The translations under genes and the position numbers were made by a program. Below the pieces are notes generated by a model. It ran no database searches, had not been told where the DNA came from, and worked only from the letters and a program-made list of their open reading frames with translations. Of a stretch of DNA of 61,473 bases, positions 9,277-17,946 are shown piece after piece. The stretch spans positions 1 to 61,473 of IMG/VR virus record IMGVR_UViG_3300032225_001536; one strand, written 5' to 3'. The stretch is from a virus (taxonomy: Duplodnaviria > Caudoviricetes). Position 1 is the first letter of the stretch. Each line of letters opens with the position of its first letter.

Positions 9277-10093
9277 TTCTGGTTATATTGGTTTACATCT
9301 ATGTAAACTCCTAGGTAATTCCTATCACATAACAGGATTAGACCGTGTATTCAAACCACAATATTCCGATAAATTTATTCAACAGAGTGTTTTGGAAAAT
9401 AAGGACGTTGAAGGTGAATATGACACAGTAATTCACTTGGCTGGTTTAGTACAGGTTGGCGGTAGCTTTCTTGCTCCAATGGATTATTATCGTACCAATA
9501 TTCTTGGCACTTTAAATATGTTGGAACGTGTCAACTATAAGAATTTTATTTTTGCTTCGACCGGTACTGTAATAACACCAACTAATCCATATTCATTGTC
9601 AAAGATGAATGCTGAAACTTTAGTGAAACAGTATTGTGAATTGAATAATAAATGCCATACAATTTTCAGATTCTATAATGTAACTGGTTATGCTGGTTAT
9701 TCTCCAACTAATCCAGATGGATTGTTTTTTAATTTAATGAAAGCAGTCGAAACAGGTGAATTTAATCTCTATGGTAATCAATATGATACACGTGATGGTA
9801 CTGCCATTAGAGATTACATTCATGTATTGGAAATCTGTAATGCAATCAAATTTGCAATCGATAATCCAAGTTGTGTTCCTGGTGCAGAGACACAACCATT
9901 GGTTGAGAATCTAGGTTCAGGTCAAGGATATACCGTAATGGAAATTATTGACGCATTCAAAAGATCCAACTATGTAAATTTTAACGTAAATATTTTGCCT
10001 GCTAGAATTGGTGATGTTGCTGTGAGTAAATTGGAAAATGTTTCACTGTATATGCGTAAGATGTTTACACTTGATGAAATGATGAAAATATGA
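9248..10093 (+). CDS. NAD-dependent epimerase/dehydratase (GalE-like)
   Basis: KILITGSSGYIG Rossmann motif, VIHLAG, YSLSK (YxxxK), RFYNV, DGTAIRDYIHV. Confidence 0.85.
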   Translation: MMKKILITGSSGYIGLHLCKLLGNSYHITGLDRVFKPQYSDKFIQQSVLENKDVEGEYDTVIHLAGLVQVGGSFLAPMDYYRTNILGTLNMLERVNYKNFIFASTGTVITPTNPYSLSKMNAETLVKQYCELNNKCHTIFRFYNVTGYAGYSPTNPDGLFFNLMKAVETGEFNLYGNQYDTRDGTAIRDYIHVLEICNAIKFAIDNPSCVPGAETQPLVENLGSGQGYTVMEIIDAFKRSNYVNFNVNILPARIGDVAVSKLENVSLYMRKMFTLDEMMKI

Positions 10094-10734
10094 AAATCTA
10101 TAAAAGTAAATACCGTAATCATTGGCTTTCTCCATACACAATATTGGAGAAAGTATTCTTTTGGCGTGAGATTGACTATGATGAGCCTATTATTGATAAA
10201 TGGTCTGACCGTTTGAATCCATTTTGTGTTGCGTTGAGAAAGTTTTTAGACTTCATTCATCCTAGAATCAATTATGTAAAGATTGACTATTATGACACAT
10301 GGAACATGGATGGTACATTGGCTGATATTATTCTGCCTATGTTGAAACAACTACAAAAAGATAAGCATGGCGCACCTCATGTTGATGATGAAGATGTACC
10401 AATAGAATTACAATCTTGGACTTCACCAGCTAAAGAAGAATATGATGTTGATGGGCACCACTTTGCTCGTTGGGATTATGTGTTGAATGAAATGATTTTT
10501 GCTTTTGAACATAAAGCCGATGATAATTGGAAAGACGTTTTTTGTTCCGGTGAACATGATTTGAAAAGTGTTCCATGCAACTGGGATGAAAACGGCAAAC
10601 CAACATTGTACACATTTGAACAAGGACCTAACCATACATATAAATGTGATTATGATGGTATAAGAGAAACTCAAAAACGAATCACGAATGGATTCCGTTT
10701 GTTTGGTAAATACTATGAAGGATTGTGGGATTAA
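10090..10734 (+). CDS. conserved hypothetical phage protein
   Basis: DTWNMDGTLADIILPML...RWDYVLNEMIFAFE...GFRLFGKYYEGLWD. Confidence 0.7.
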   Translation: MKIYKSKYRNHWLSPYTILEKVFFWREIDYDEPIIDKWSDRLNPFCVALRKFLDFIHPRINYVKIDYYDTWNMDGTLADIILPMLKQLQKDKHGAPHVDDEDVPIELQSWTSPAKEEYDVDGHHFARWDYVLNEMIFAFEHKADDNWKDVFCSGEHDLKSVPCNWDENGKPTLYTFEQGPNHTYKCDYDGIRETQKRITNGFRLFGKYYEGLWD

Positions 10735-10736
10735 TT

Positions 10737-10952
10737 ATGGAAGACGATACAGTAGAAAAAATAGCCTATCAAGTAGATGATTTCATTTCGTTGATGGTCA
10801 CCACACACAAATTGGATCCACTAACATTAGGTTCAGTTATGATGGCTAGATTGATGTTGGCAAACCAATACTTTGGTTCTGGTGATGAATTTAGGCAGTT
10901 GATGATAAACATACCAGAAGTTAAATCAAGGGTTGTTGAAGCGGTACACTAA
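10737..10952 (+). CDS. hypothetical protein
   Basis: ORF immediately after the upstream stop. Confidence 0.55.
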   Translation: MEDDTVEKIAYQVDDFISLMVTTHKLDPLTLGSVMMARLMLANQYFGSGDEFRQLMINIPEVKSRVVEAVH

Positions 10953-11107
10953 TGTGGAGACTATGGGCTAAGGCCTTAGGTGAGAAGGCAGGATCCACAG
11001 ACCGAGAGGCAAACATTATCGCTTGCCTTAGAACGATAATTGTGTTATCATACATAGTAACAAACTGTTTTATTATTGCGGGGGTCATTAGACATTGGTA
11101 TGATTAG
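10952..11107 (+). CDS. small membrane protein (51 aa, not in the ORF track)
   Basis: MWRLWAKALGEKAGSTDREANIIACLRTIIVLSYIVTNCFIIAGVIRHWYD; TAATG coupling to the upstream gene. Confidence 0.6.
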   Translation: MWRLWAKALGEKAGSTDREANIIACLRTIIVLSYIVTNCFIIAGVIRHWYD

Positions 11108-11339
11108 TATTATACATTACATTTCAGCAAGCAGACGATTAGAAGAATCCAAAAAAACTGTGATGATGCTAGGTGGTGAACGTGAAGCACCAGAAATGGT
11201 GAGAGCTCAGCGTGATATGATTGCACTTGAAAAAAAATACTATGGTGAAAGAGTTACCAATATATTATTCTTTTCTGGTATGGCATCATTCATTGGTTTT
11301 GCAGTTTATATTTTTTATGATGTTTTGACAAGAGGTTAA
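11100..11339 (+). CDS. hypothetical protein with C-terminal TM helix
   Basis: ATG 11100 in frame with the listed ORF; hydrophobic C-terminus. Confidence 0.55.
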   Translation: MISIIHYISASRRLEESKKTVMMLGGEREAPEMVRAQRDMIALEKKYYGERVTNILFFSGMASFIGFAVYIFYDVLTRG

Positions 11340-11341
11340 TT

Positions 11342-11587
11342 ATGTGGAAAGAAATTACTGAATCGTTTGATGGATTTCCTTGGTGGACAATACCTATAAT
11401 AGTAGTGATTGTCGTTGTTGTATTATTCTTTCCAATGCCACCAAAAGTAAATCCGGTACTTAAAGATTATAAAGATGGAATCCAAAATCACCTGACCTGG
11501 TCAATCAAAGGTGAATGTTTTTTTGTTCGACCTAATGATGAGGTAACTGTATATCTTGTACGTGTACCTGATTGTGATAAAAAATAA
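11342..11587 (+). CDS. membrane-anchored hypothetical protein
   Basis: WWTIPIIVVIVVVVLFF transmembrane segment; GAGG RBS. Confidence 0.6.
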   Translation: MWKEITESFDGFPWWTIPIIVVIVVVVLFFPMPPKVNPVLKDYKDGIQNHLTWSIKGECFFVRPNDEVTVYLVRVPDCDKK

Positions 11588-11596
11588 GGAGTTAGT

Positions 11597-11905
11597 ATGA
11601 GTTTGTTTATTGAAGTTAATTCACTTGATAAAGGTTGTCCAGTTATTGTTAATTTGGAATCTGTACTTGAGATTGCACCATTGGCTGCTGGTGGTTGTGC
11701 TTTGTTCTTTCCTGATTCTGCTGCGGTTGGTGGTAAGACTGCAATGAAAGTAACTGATTCATATGAACAGTTTAAACAGTTTGCTGTACAACCAGTAAGT
11801 GCTGCTGATATTGCTGCTAGATTTCCTAAGGCAACATTGCCACCAGAAACACCAGCAAAAGGTAAAAAATTAACAACACCAGAGTTTGATATTCCTAAAC
11901 TATGA
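11597..11905 (+). CDS. hypothetical protein
   Basis: AGGAG RBS; strongly biased codon usage. Confidence 0.65.
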   Translation: MSLFIEVNSLDKGCPVIVNLESVLEIAPLAAGGCALFFPDSAAVGGKTAMKVTDSYEQFKQFAVQPVSAADIAARFPKATLPPETPAKGKKLTTPEFDIPKL

Positions 11906-12087
11906 CAAAATTTGAATTCAAGTGTACACAATCAACTGGTACAACCCGTACTGTAATAGTTGAAACAGATGCACATCATTTACCAGAAGTATTGGAAGAA
12001 TTTCAAACCTTCTTACGTGGTTGTGGTTATTATTTTAATGGTGATTTGGAGTTTGTAGATGATGGAACTTTTCCGACCGACATTTGA
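11902..12087 (+). CDS. hypothetical protein
   Basis: EVLEEFQTFLRGCGY motif common in T4-like small genes; ATGA overlap. Confidence 0.6.
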   Translation: MTKFEFKCTQSTGTTRTVIVETDAHHLPEVLEEFQTFLRGCGYYFNGDLEFVDDGTFPTDI

Positions 12088-12349
12088 GTGGATAAAAGAT
12101 GACTGGCGCTCTAATGCAAATCGCTTTATGGTTGAGTGTCTGGCTTGGGCTATTAGCATTGGCTGTTCTATTACTATGGCTTTTACTGCACCTAATCCCC
12201 CTCTTTTTGTACTTTATCCTATTTGGATTACTGGTTGTGCCTTGTATGCTTGGGCTGCTTATTCTCGTAGGTCTTTTGGTATGTTAGCCAACTATATGTT
12301 GTTAGTTACGATTGATTCTATTGGTTTGATAAGAATGTTGTTGGCATAG
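12059..12349 (+). CDS. small multi-pass membrane protein
   Basis: Three hydrophobic helices. Confidence 0.65.
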   Translation: MMELFRPTFEWIKDDWRSNANRFMVECLAWAISIGCSITMAFTAPNPPLFVLYPIWITGCALYAWAAYSRRSFGMLANYMLLVTIDSIGLIRMLLA

Positions 12350-12378
12350 TTGCCATTGGTTGTTTAATGTGATATAAT
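12350..12378 (+). promoter_or_regulatory. sigma70-type early promoter, possibly giving a leaderless mRNA
   Basis: TTGCCA-N17-TATAAT; ATG 12385 is 6 nt after the -10. Confidence 0.7.
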
Positions 12379-12384
12379 ACAAGT

Positions 12385-12930
12385 ATGAATATCTTCTATC
12401 TACATCCCGAACCTCAAATTTGTGCTGAAATGCACAATAACAAACATTGCGTAAAGATGATTCTTGAATATGCACAATTACTCTCAACTGCTCATCGTGT
12501 TCTTGACGGGACTCTTATCGACCGCCTCAGTCCTTCTGGTCGTAAACAAAAAGCATATGTACTTGCCGATAACCGTGAGTCCGCTCTTTACTCTGCTACT
12601 CATATCAATCACCCTTCAGCCATTTGGGTAAGAAAGACACATCAAAACTATATGTGGCTTGCTGAATTGCTTGAAGAACTGTGTATGGAATATACACATC
12701 GTTACGAAAAAATCCACAAAGTAGAACGTGATGGCCTCATGCAATTACTAAAGAATGAATTTCCTAGAAATATACCAATAGGTCCATTTACAGGTCCAAC
12801 ACCTGCAATGCCTGATGATGTAAAAGTTCCAGGTGATTCGTTGGCTTCCTATCGTAACTATTACAACAAAAACAAAACACATTTAGCAGACTGGAAGAAT
12901 CGGCCAGTTCCACAATGGTTTCAAGGATAA
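12385..12930 (+). CDS. pyrimidine-dimer DNA glycosylase / endonuclease V-like protein
   Basis: MNIFYL...KHCVKMILEYAQLLSTAHR...THINHPSAIW...YRNYY family signature. Confidence 0.75.
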   Translation: MNIFYLHPEPQICAEMHNNKHCVKMILEYAQLLSTAHRVLDGTLIDRLSPSGRKQKAYVLADNRESALYSATHINHPSAIWVRKTHQNYMWLAELLEELCMEYTHRYEKIHKVERDGLMQLLKNEFPRNIPIGPFTGPTPAMPDDVKVPGDSLASYRNYYNKNKTHLADWKNRPVPQWFQG

Positions 12931-12938
12931 ATATTGAT

Positions 12939-13214
12939 ATGATATATCCATTTTTTAATAAAAATACAGGTCAAATCGAAGAACACACCATGCGTCTATC
13001 TGAGTATGACGATTTCAAGACCAACAATCTCCACTTAGAACGTTATTTTGGACCAGGTAGTGTTCCAGGTCTAGGTGATGGTATGCGCATGGACACACCA
13101 GGAGTTGGTAAGGCAGACTCCACATTCGAAAAGTATGTCATACAAAGAATGAAAGATACCATTCCGGGAAACACTATGGGTGGTCATAAAACCAAAATGC
13201 CAAGAGAATGGTAA
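12939..13214 (+). CDS. conserved hypothetical protein upstream of phoH
   Basis: YPFFNKNTGQIEE..M...EYDDF pattern and position typical of T4-like phages. Confidence 0.6.
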   Translation: MIYPFFNKNTGQIEEHTMRLSEYDDFKTNNLHLERYFGPGSVPGLGDGMRMDTPGVGKADSTFEKYVIQRMKDTIPGNTMGGHKTKMPREW

Positions 13215-13352
13215 TGGCACAAGTACCAGCCTTATTTCTACCAAAGAAAAAAACTGAGGATAAGCCTCAAGTAAAGAATTCAAGTAAGAATCGAAAGAAA
13301 AAGAAATCCGATTCTAACATAAAAGTTTCAGTATTATTTCAAAGGGGAATTG

Positions 13353-14117
13353 ATGGTTACAAAAAAAACAACAGCCAGATACGCAGCGGAACAATTGCAG
13401 GATGATGAGAATAAAACAAGGCATCAACCAGCAGTAAGTAATTCATTAAAGATTAAACCTGACCATCTAAAAACATTTGAACCATTAACAGAAAATCAAA
13501 GATTATTCTTTGAAATGTACAAAGGCGGTGCCTACTTCATGGGACTATTTGGTAGTCCTGGGGTAGGCAAAACTTTTTTGGCACTTTATAAATCATTAGA
13601 AGAAGTTTTGGATAAATCCAATTCTTTTAAACAAGTGGTAATTGTTCGTTCATTGGTACAATTACGTGATGTTGGTTATCTTCCTGGAAATCTTGATGAA
13701 AAACAGGAAATATATGAGTTGCCTTACAAAGAGATTTGTAGTACACTCTTTGGAAGACCAGATGCATGGGACCGATTAAAGGAACAAGGACATTGCAGGT
13801 TCATTTCAACTACAGCAATTCGTGGTATCTCTATTGATGATGCTATTATTATTGTAGATGAAAACCAAAACTTAAACTGGTCAGAAGTGAATACAATTAT
13901 TACCCGTGTTGGACACAGGTCTAAAATTATATTCTCAGGTGATTTTAAACAAACAGATTTAATTAAGAGTAACAAAGACCAGACAGCATTCCATAGTTTC
14001 TTGGAAGTGGCGAGAAAAATGCCATCATTTCAGGAGATTTACTTTACACCAGACGATATCGTTCGTTCTAGTCTAGTTAAACAATGGATCGTGGCCTGTG
14101 AAGACTTAGGTTACTAG
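13353..14117 (+). CDS. phoH: PhoH-like ATPase
   Basis: GSPGVGKT, VGYLPG, IRGISIDD, IIVDENQN, TRVG, SGDFKQTD, DIVRS. Confidence 0.92.
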   Translation: MVTKKTTARYAAEQLQDDENKTRHQPAVSNSLKIKPDHLKTFEPLTENQRLFFEMYKGGAYFMGLFGSPGVGKTFLALYKSLEEVLDKSNSFKQVVIVRSLVQLRDVGYLPGNLDEKQEIYELPYKEICSTLFGRPDAWDRLKEQGHCRFISTTAIRGISIDDAIIIVDENQNLNWSEVNTIITRVGHRSKIIFSGDFKQTDLIKSNKDQTAFHSFLEVARKMPSFQEIYFTPDDIVRSSLVKQWIVACEDLGY

Positions 14118-14118
14118 G

Positions 14119-14125
14119 ATAAATA
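14119..14125 (+). promoter_or_regulatory. T4-type late promoter-like motif
   Basis: ATAAATA in the intergenic gap before the radical SAM gene. Confidence 0.45.
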
Positions 14126-14152
14126 CTTACTCAATATTTAAGAGGAATTGAA

Positions 14153-15607
14153 ATGATTTTTGAAATTAAGGCCACTCGATTTGAGGATGGTGATACAAAG
14201 ACTTTCCATTATGACAACATGAATAATGTGTTGACTGATGCTGATGGTAATGTTTTTGAATATCCAGAGGACCAAAGGCAACAAAACTTTAATAAACCCT
14301 ACAAGTCTTTTGATAAGAATCACCCTCTGAAAAAGGCCAAATTGATTAGTACATTAAAAATCCAAATGGGTTTAAGTTGTAATTATTCTTGTGATTATTG
14401 TTCACAGAAGTTTGTGGAACGTCAAGTGGAAACATCCAAGAAGGATATCGATGACTTCATGGAAAAAATAAAAGCACTACACTTTGATGAAGATGTTGGA
14501 CTGAAGGTTGAGTTTTGGGGTGGTGAACCATTGGTTTATTGGAAAACACTAAAACCATTGGCGGAAGCTATTGCTGAAAAATTTGAATCATGGAAAAGAA
14601 AACCACAGTTTGGTATCATCACCAACGGCTCAATTTTAACTGATGAGATTATCGATTGGTTAATGATGATGGACTTTTCTGTGGCAATCTCACATGATGG
14701 ACCAGGCCAACACGTCCGTGGTCCTGATCCGTTTGATGATCCTGAGAAAAAAGAAACAATTCTTGGTTTCCGTAGAATGATGATTAGACTAGGTAAGCAT
14801 TTCAGTTTCAATTCAATGTTGAATTCTAAAAACCAAAGTAGAAAAGAAATCTATGATTGGTTTGTAAACCTGACTGGTGACGAAGATGTTATTCTTGGTG
14901 AAGGTTCTCTGGTTGATGCTTATGATGAAGAAGGTATTTCCAACTCATTGATAACAAAACAAGAACACTTTCAATTTAGGCAGAAAGCTTTTGGTGAATT
15001 GTATGGAACCCAAGGCAAGATAGGTTTCAGAGGTCAACTAGGTAAGATTGATGATTTTATTACTGGTGTATTAAGTCACAGACAATCCAAATTCGTTGGA
15101 CAGAAATGTGGTATGGACGATGAACATACGATTGCAGTTGACTTACGTGGTAACGTAATGACTTGCCAGAACGTTAGTTCATTGGAAATCTCTAAGAACG
15201 GAGAATCACATCATGGTGGAACTTTGGATGACTATTCAAATGTACAATTAAAATCTGTTACACATTGGTCAAATCGTAAAGAATGTCCAGAATGTCCAGT
15301 ACTACACCTATGTAAAGGTGCTTGTATGTTCTTGGATGAGAAATTCTGGGATATTTCTTGTTCTAATGCCTATTCAGATAATGTGGCTCTATTTGCCGCT
15401 GGTTTTACATTAATGACAAACGGTTATATTCCAACTCTGATTAAGAGTGATACATTACCATTAGACAGACAAGACATTTTTGGTACTATTTTTGACCACG
15501 GAATCGATGAAGGTCGTAAAAAAATCATACCAATCAAGGTGGTTAAAGAGATTGTTGGTGAAGTAGACGATGTTCCTGTTTACGGCAAATCTAGGTTGGA
15601 AACATAA
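14153..15607 (+). CDS. radical SAM enzyme with SPASM domain (peptide/protein maturase family)
   Basis: CNYSCDYC cluster motif, FWGGEPL, ITNGS, AISHDG; SPASM cysteines CGMDD...VDLRGNVMTC...CPECPVLHLCKGAC...C; GAGGA RBS. Confidence 0.92.
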   Translation: MIFEIKATRFEDGDTKTFHYDNMNNVLTDADGNVFEYPEDQRQQNFNKPYKSFDKNHPLKKAKLISTLKIQMGLSCNYSCDYCSQKFVERQVETSKKDIDDFMEKIKALHFDEDVGLKVEFWGGEPLVYWKTLKPLAEAIAEKFESWKRKPQFGIITNGSILTDEIIDWLMMMDFSVAISHDGPGQHVRGPDPFDDPEKKETILGFRRMMIRLGKHFSFNSMLNSKNQSRKEIYDWFVNLTGDEDVILGEGSLVDAYDEEGISNSLITKQEHFQFRQKAFGELYGTQGKIGFRGQLGKIDDFITGVLSHRQSKFVGQKCGMDDEHTIAVDLRGNVMTCQNVSSLEISKNGESHHGGTLDDYSNVQLKSVTHWSNRKECPECPVLHLCKGACMFLDEKFWDISCSNAYSDNVALFAAGFTLMTNGYIPTLIKSDTLPLDRQDIFGTIFDHGIDEGRKKIIPIKVVKEIVGEVDDVPVYGKSRLET

Positions 15608-15610
15608 ATA
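15604..15610 (+). promoter_or_regulatory. T4-type late promoter-like motif
   Basis: ATAAATA about 30 nt upstream of the Cys-rich gene. Confidence 0.45.
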
Positions 15611-15640
15611 GTAGAATAATAATCTAAAGAGTACACTAAC

Positions 15641-16546
15641 ATGACACTACCTTTATCTGCAAATACAATTTCCGTAGCCCAAATTGAAACCGAACTTACA
15701 ATTAATGTTGGAACACAAAAAGATTTGAATTTTTTAAATGGTTATATAAAATCTGGTTTAAGGCCGGCATCACCAAATATGGCCGCTTTTTTTGGTTTGA
15801 AGTATTATTTACAGAATTCTGCTGGTAACTGTAATAATGCTAATATATCAAATTGTAACTGTGATAACTGTAGTAGTCCCGCAAGTAATTGCAGCGCAAC
15901 AAATAACTGTAGTAATGTAAATTGTGCAAACTGTGACGCACAAGCATGGTTGCAACTTGGTGATTGTTTTAATGATCCAGCACCCGTTTATAATTGTACT
16001 AGTGACCAAAATTGTTTCTTGGTTGATTGTAATTGTTCAAAGATTATTTGCACCAAATTATTTGACTTAGGCCTAATGAAGAAGAATATCTTTGAAGCTG
16101 ACCAAGCATTTGGTGAACAATTAATCAAAACTCATCCAGACATTTACAATGGTTATCGTGCATGGGCTGAGATTGTTGTTGATTGGATGGACGGCAAAGG
16201 ACCGAAGATGATGCCTTGGATGTCTGATGAAGATTTTAGTATAGCTGCCAAAAAATGGTCTATCACATGGGCTCACGATATTGCAACACCTTGGGCTGAA
16301 GAAATGGCCTATTTGATGGGTGAAAAAGAAACTGGTAGTCTTACTGGTAAAATGATGTTTGCATTTGGTACACCAATCTGTAAAGTTATTGGTGTATGGC
16401 AACGTTGGTTTGGTCCAAGTAAGAAAGAACCTGGTTTCTTAAAAGGTGCAGGTCTTGTTATTATTTTTGTCATGTTCAAATTGGTTGCAGAACTTGGTAG
16501 ATTGATTGAAAGGTTCATTCCTAAAAAGGAGTTGTCTAATGGATGA
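15641..16546 (+). CDS. Asn/Asp-Cys repeat protein, putative radical SAM substrate, with virion-protein-like N-terminus and a C-terminal KIICT domain
   Basis: Residues 63-132 carry 13 Cys, 11 as NC and 2 as DC; N-terminus MTLPLSANTISVAQIETE resembles 22682 MTLPTSGNPIKLSDIQTE; hydrophobic C-terminal helix. Confidence 0.7.
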   Translation: MTLPLSANTISVAQIETELTINVGTQKDLNFLNGYIKSGLRPASPNMAAFFGLKYYLQNSAGNCNNANISNCNCDNCSSPASNCSATNNCSNVNCANCDAQAWLQLGDCFNDPAPVYNCTSDQNCFLVDCNCSKIICTKLFDLGLMKKNIFEADQAFGEQLIKTHPDIYNGYRAWAEIVVDWMDGKGPKMMPWMSDEDFSIAAKKWSITWAHDIATPWAEEMAYLMGEKETGSLTGKMMFAFGTPICKVIGVWQRWFGPSKKEPGFLKGAGLVIIFVMFKLVAELGRLIERFIPKKELSNG

Positions 16547-16841
16547 AGAAGTTACAGAGATAAAACAACCTGTTTTAATAACCACAGATGACGATGGTGA
16601 ATCTTTTATACATGACCATCTAACACATTTCTTTAATACACAAAGTTATAATATTATCAATTCGTTTTCTCAAACAGACAAAGAACGTTATTTCAAATTG
16701 GTAACTGAACATGAATCTTTGATAACAAAGCTTTATGGAGATGCTGTATTGAATGCTCAAGGATTTGTTCCAGTGGCTTTGAGAAATGGTGTTGATAATG
16801 AATTGGTTCAACAATATAAAATATGGTTGGAGACAAGATGA
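16539..16841 (+). CDS. hypothetical protein (paralogue of the next gene)
   Basis: AAGGAG RBS before ATG 16539; FIHDHLTHFF...FSQTDKERYF aligns with the next ORF. Confidence 0.65.
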   Translation: MDEEVTEIKQPVLITTDDDGESFIHDHLTHFFNTQSYNIINSFSQTDKERYFKLVTEHESLITKLYGDAVLNAQGFVPVALRNGVDNELVQQYKIWLETR

Positions 16842-17218
16842 AAGATACCTACACCTCAATGGAAACCGTAACAACCTGTTGTGGTAATACGGTTATTTTC
16901 GTTCATAGTCAGGTAATGAAATTCTTCAAAGAAACATTTGAAAAAAATTATTCAAATTTCACAACTGAAGAAAAAGAAGAATTCTTTCACATTGATAATG
17001 AATATGGAGATTTGTTGGCCAAGATTTGGAAAGAACCACTGCAAGATATGTTGAAAACTTCATATGGTGCTGATTGGGCGTTGCCACATGAAGAAAGAAA
17101 TCCAACACAAGAGTATGAATATGTTTTGGCAAACAGAGACAATGATTTAACTGATGAACAATACAATCTAAAATTAGAAAGATTGAGACAACACAAAGAA
17201 TGGTTTGAAAGTCAGTAA
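16838..17218 (+). CDS. hypothetical protein (paralogue of the previous gene)
   Basis: ATGA overlap, GGAG RBS; FVHSQVMKFF...FTTEEKEEFF. Confidence 0.65.
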   Translation: MKDTYTSMETVTTCCGNTVIFVHSQVMKFFKETFEKNYSNFTTEEKEEFFHIDNEYGDLLAKIWKEPLQDMLKTSYGADWALPHEERNPTQEYEYVLANRDNDLTDEQYNLKLERLRQHKEWFESQ

Positions 17219-17232
17219 GAATACTTTTTATT

Positions 17233-17946
17233 ATGAAACAAAATATTATGACAAAAGCGGAAAGAGACCGCTATCACTGGTATCAAAATGCACAAAATAT
17301 GTTTTGGCAAAGTCCAATCTGGGAAGTTCAAACCAGATTTGATGAGCAATTTAATCAAACCTTATTAGATGAAATTTACGGTATCGGAAAAGATATCGTA
17401 TTGGGTAAAGATAAAGACCCAAAAAATAGTATATGGGACTACAGCAGACCCAATTTAGATATACTAAAACAAGAAATTATAGATATTGTAACCAAAAAAA
17501 TTGTACAGAATATTCCACAACTTAGGATGTTAAACATTCGTGGTTGTGAACATTTTATGGGTTGGATTAATGTCCGAGAGCCAGGTGAACAATTAGAAGT
17601 ACATGGACATACCGAATCAGCAATCGCTGCAACATATTATATTAAAGCAAAAGAAGGTTGTGGTGATTTAGTTGCCTTTGATTCATCAAATGCAATTGAT
17701 TGGTTAAACAACCGTCTGAGTGCAAATCCATCTTTACGTGAACGTAGATTTAAACCAGTAGAAGGTAGATTAATTTTCTTTCCATCATATGTATTACATG
17801 GTGTGGATGAGAATAAATCAAATGACCTGCGTATTTCTTTATCAACTGACCTCAGAAAAGTAGTAGAGAAAAATGCTGCTAATACTGTTATCTTAAAATC
17901 TTGGGCTAACAGAATGGCAAAAATTAAAGAATGGAAACCTGATTGA
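17233..17946 (+). CDS. 2OG-Fe(II) oxygenase (TIGR02466-like)
   Basis: WINV..PG....VHGH...ATYY...GDL...GRLIFFPSYVLHGV...RISLS. Confidence 0.85.
   Translation: MKQNIMTKAERDRYHWYQNAQNMFWQSPIWEVQTRFDEQFNQTLLDEIYGIGKDIVLGKDKDPKNSIWDYSRPNLDILKQEIIDIVTKKIVQNIPQLRMLNIRGCEHFMGWINVREPGEQLEVHGHTESAIAATYYIKAKEGCGDLVAFDSSNAIDWLNNRLSANPSLRERRFKPVEGRLIFFPSYVLHGVDENKSNDLRISLSTDLRKVVEKNAANTVILKSWANRMAKIKEWKPD

Noticed and set aside
13208-13405. 65-aa Lys-rich ORF before phoH
   Set aside because: Low complexity, overlaps phoH by about 50 nt and has no motif; it may be real but cannot be supported.
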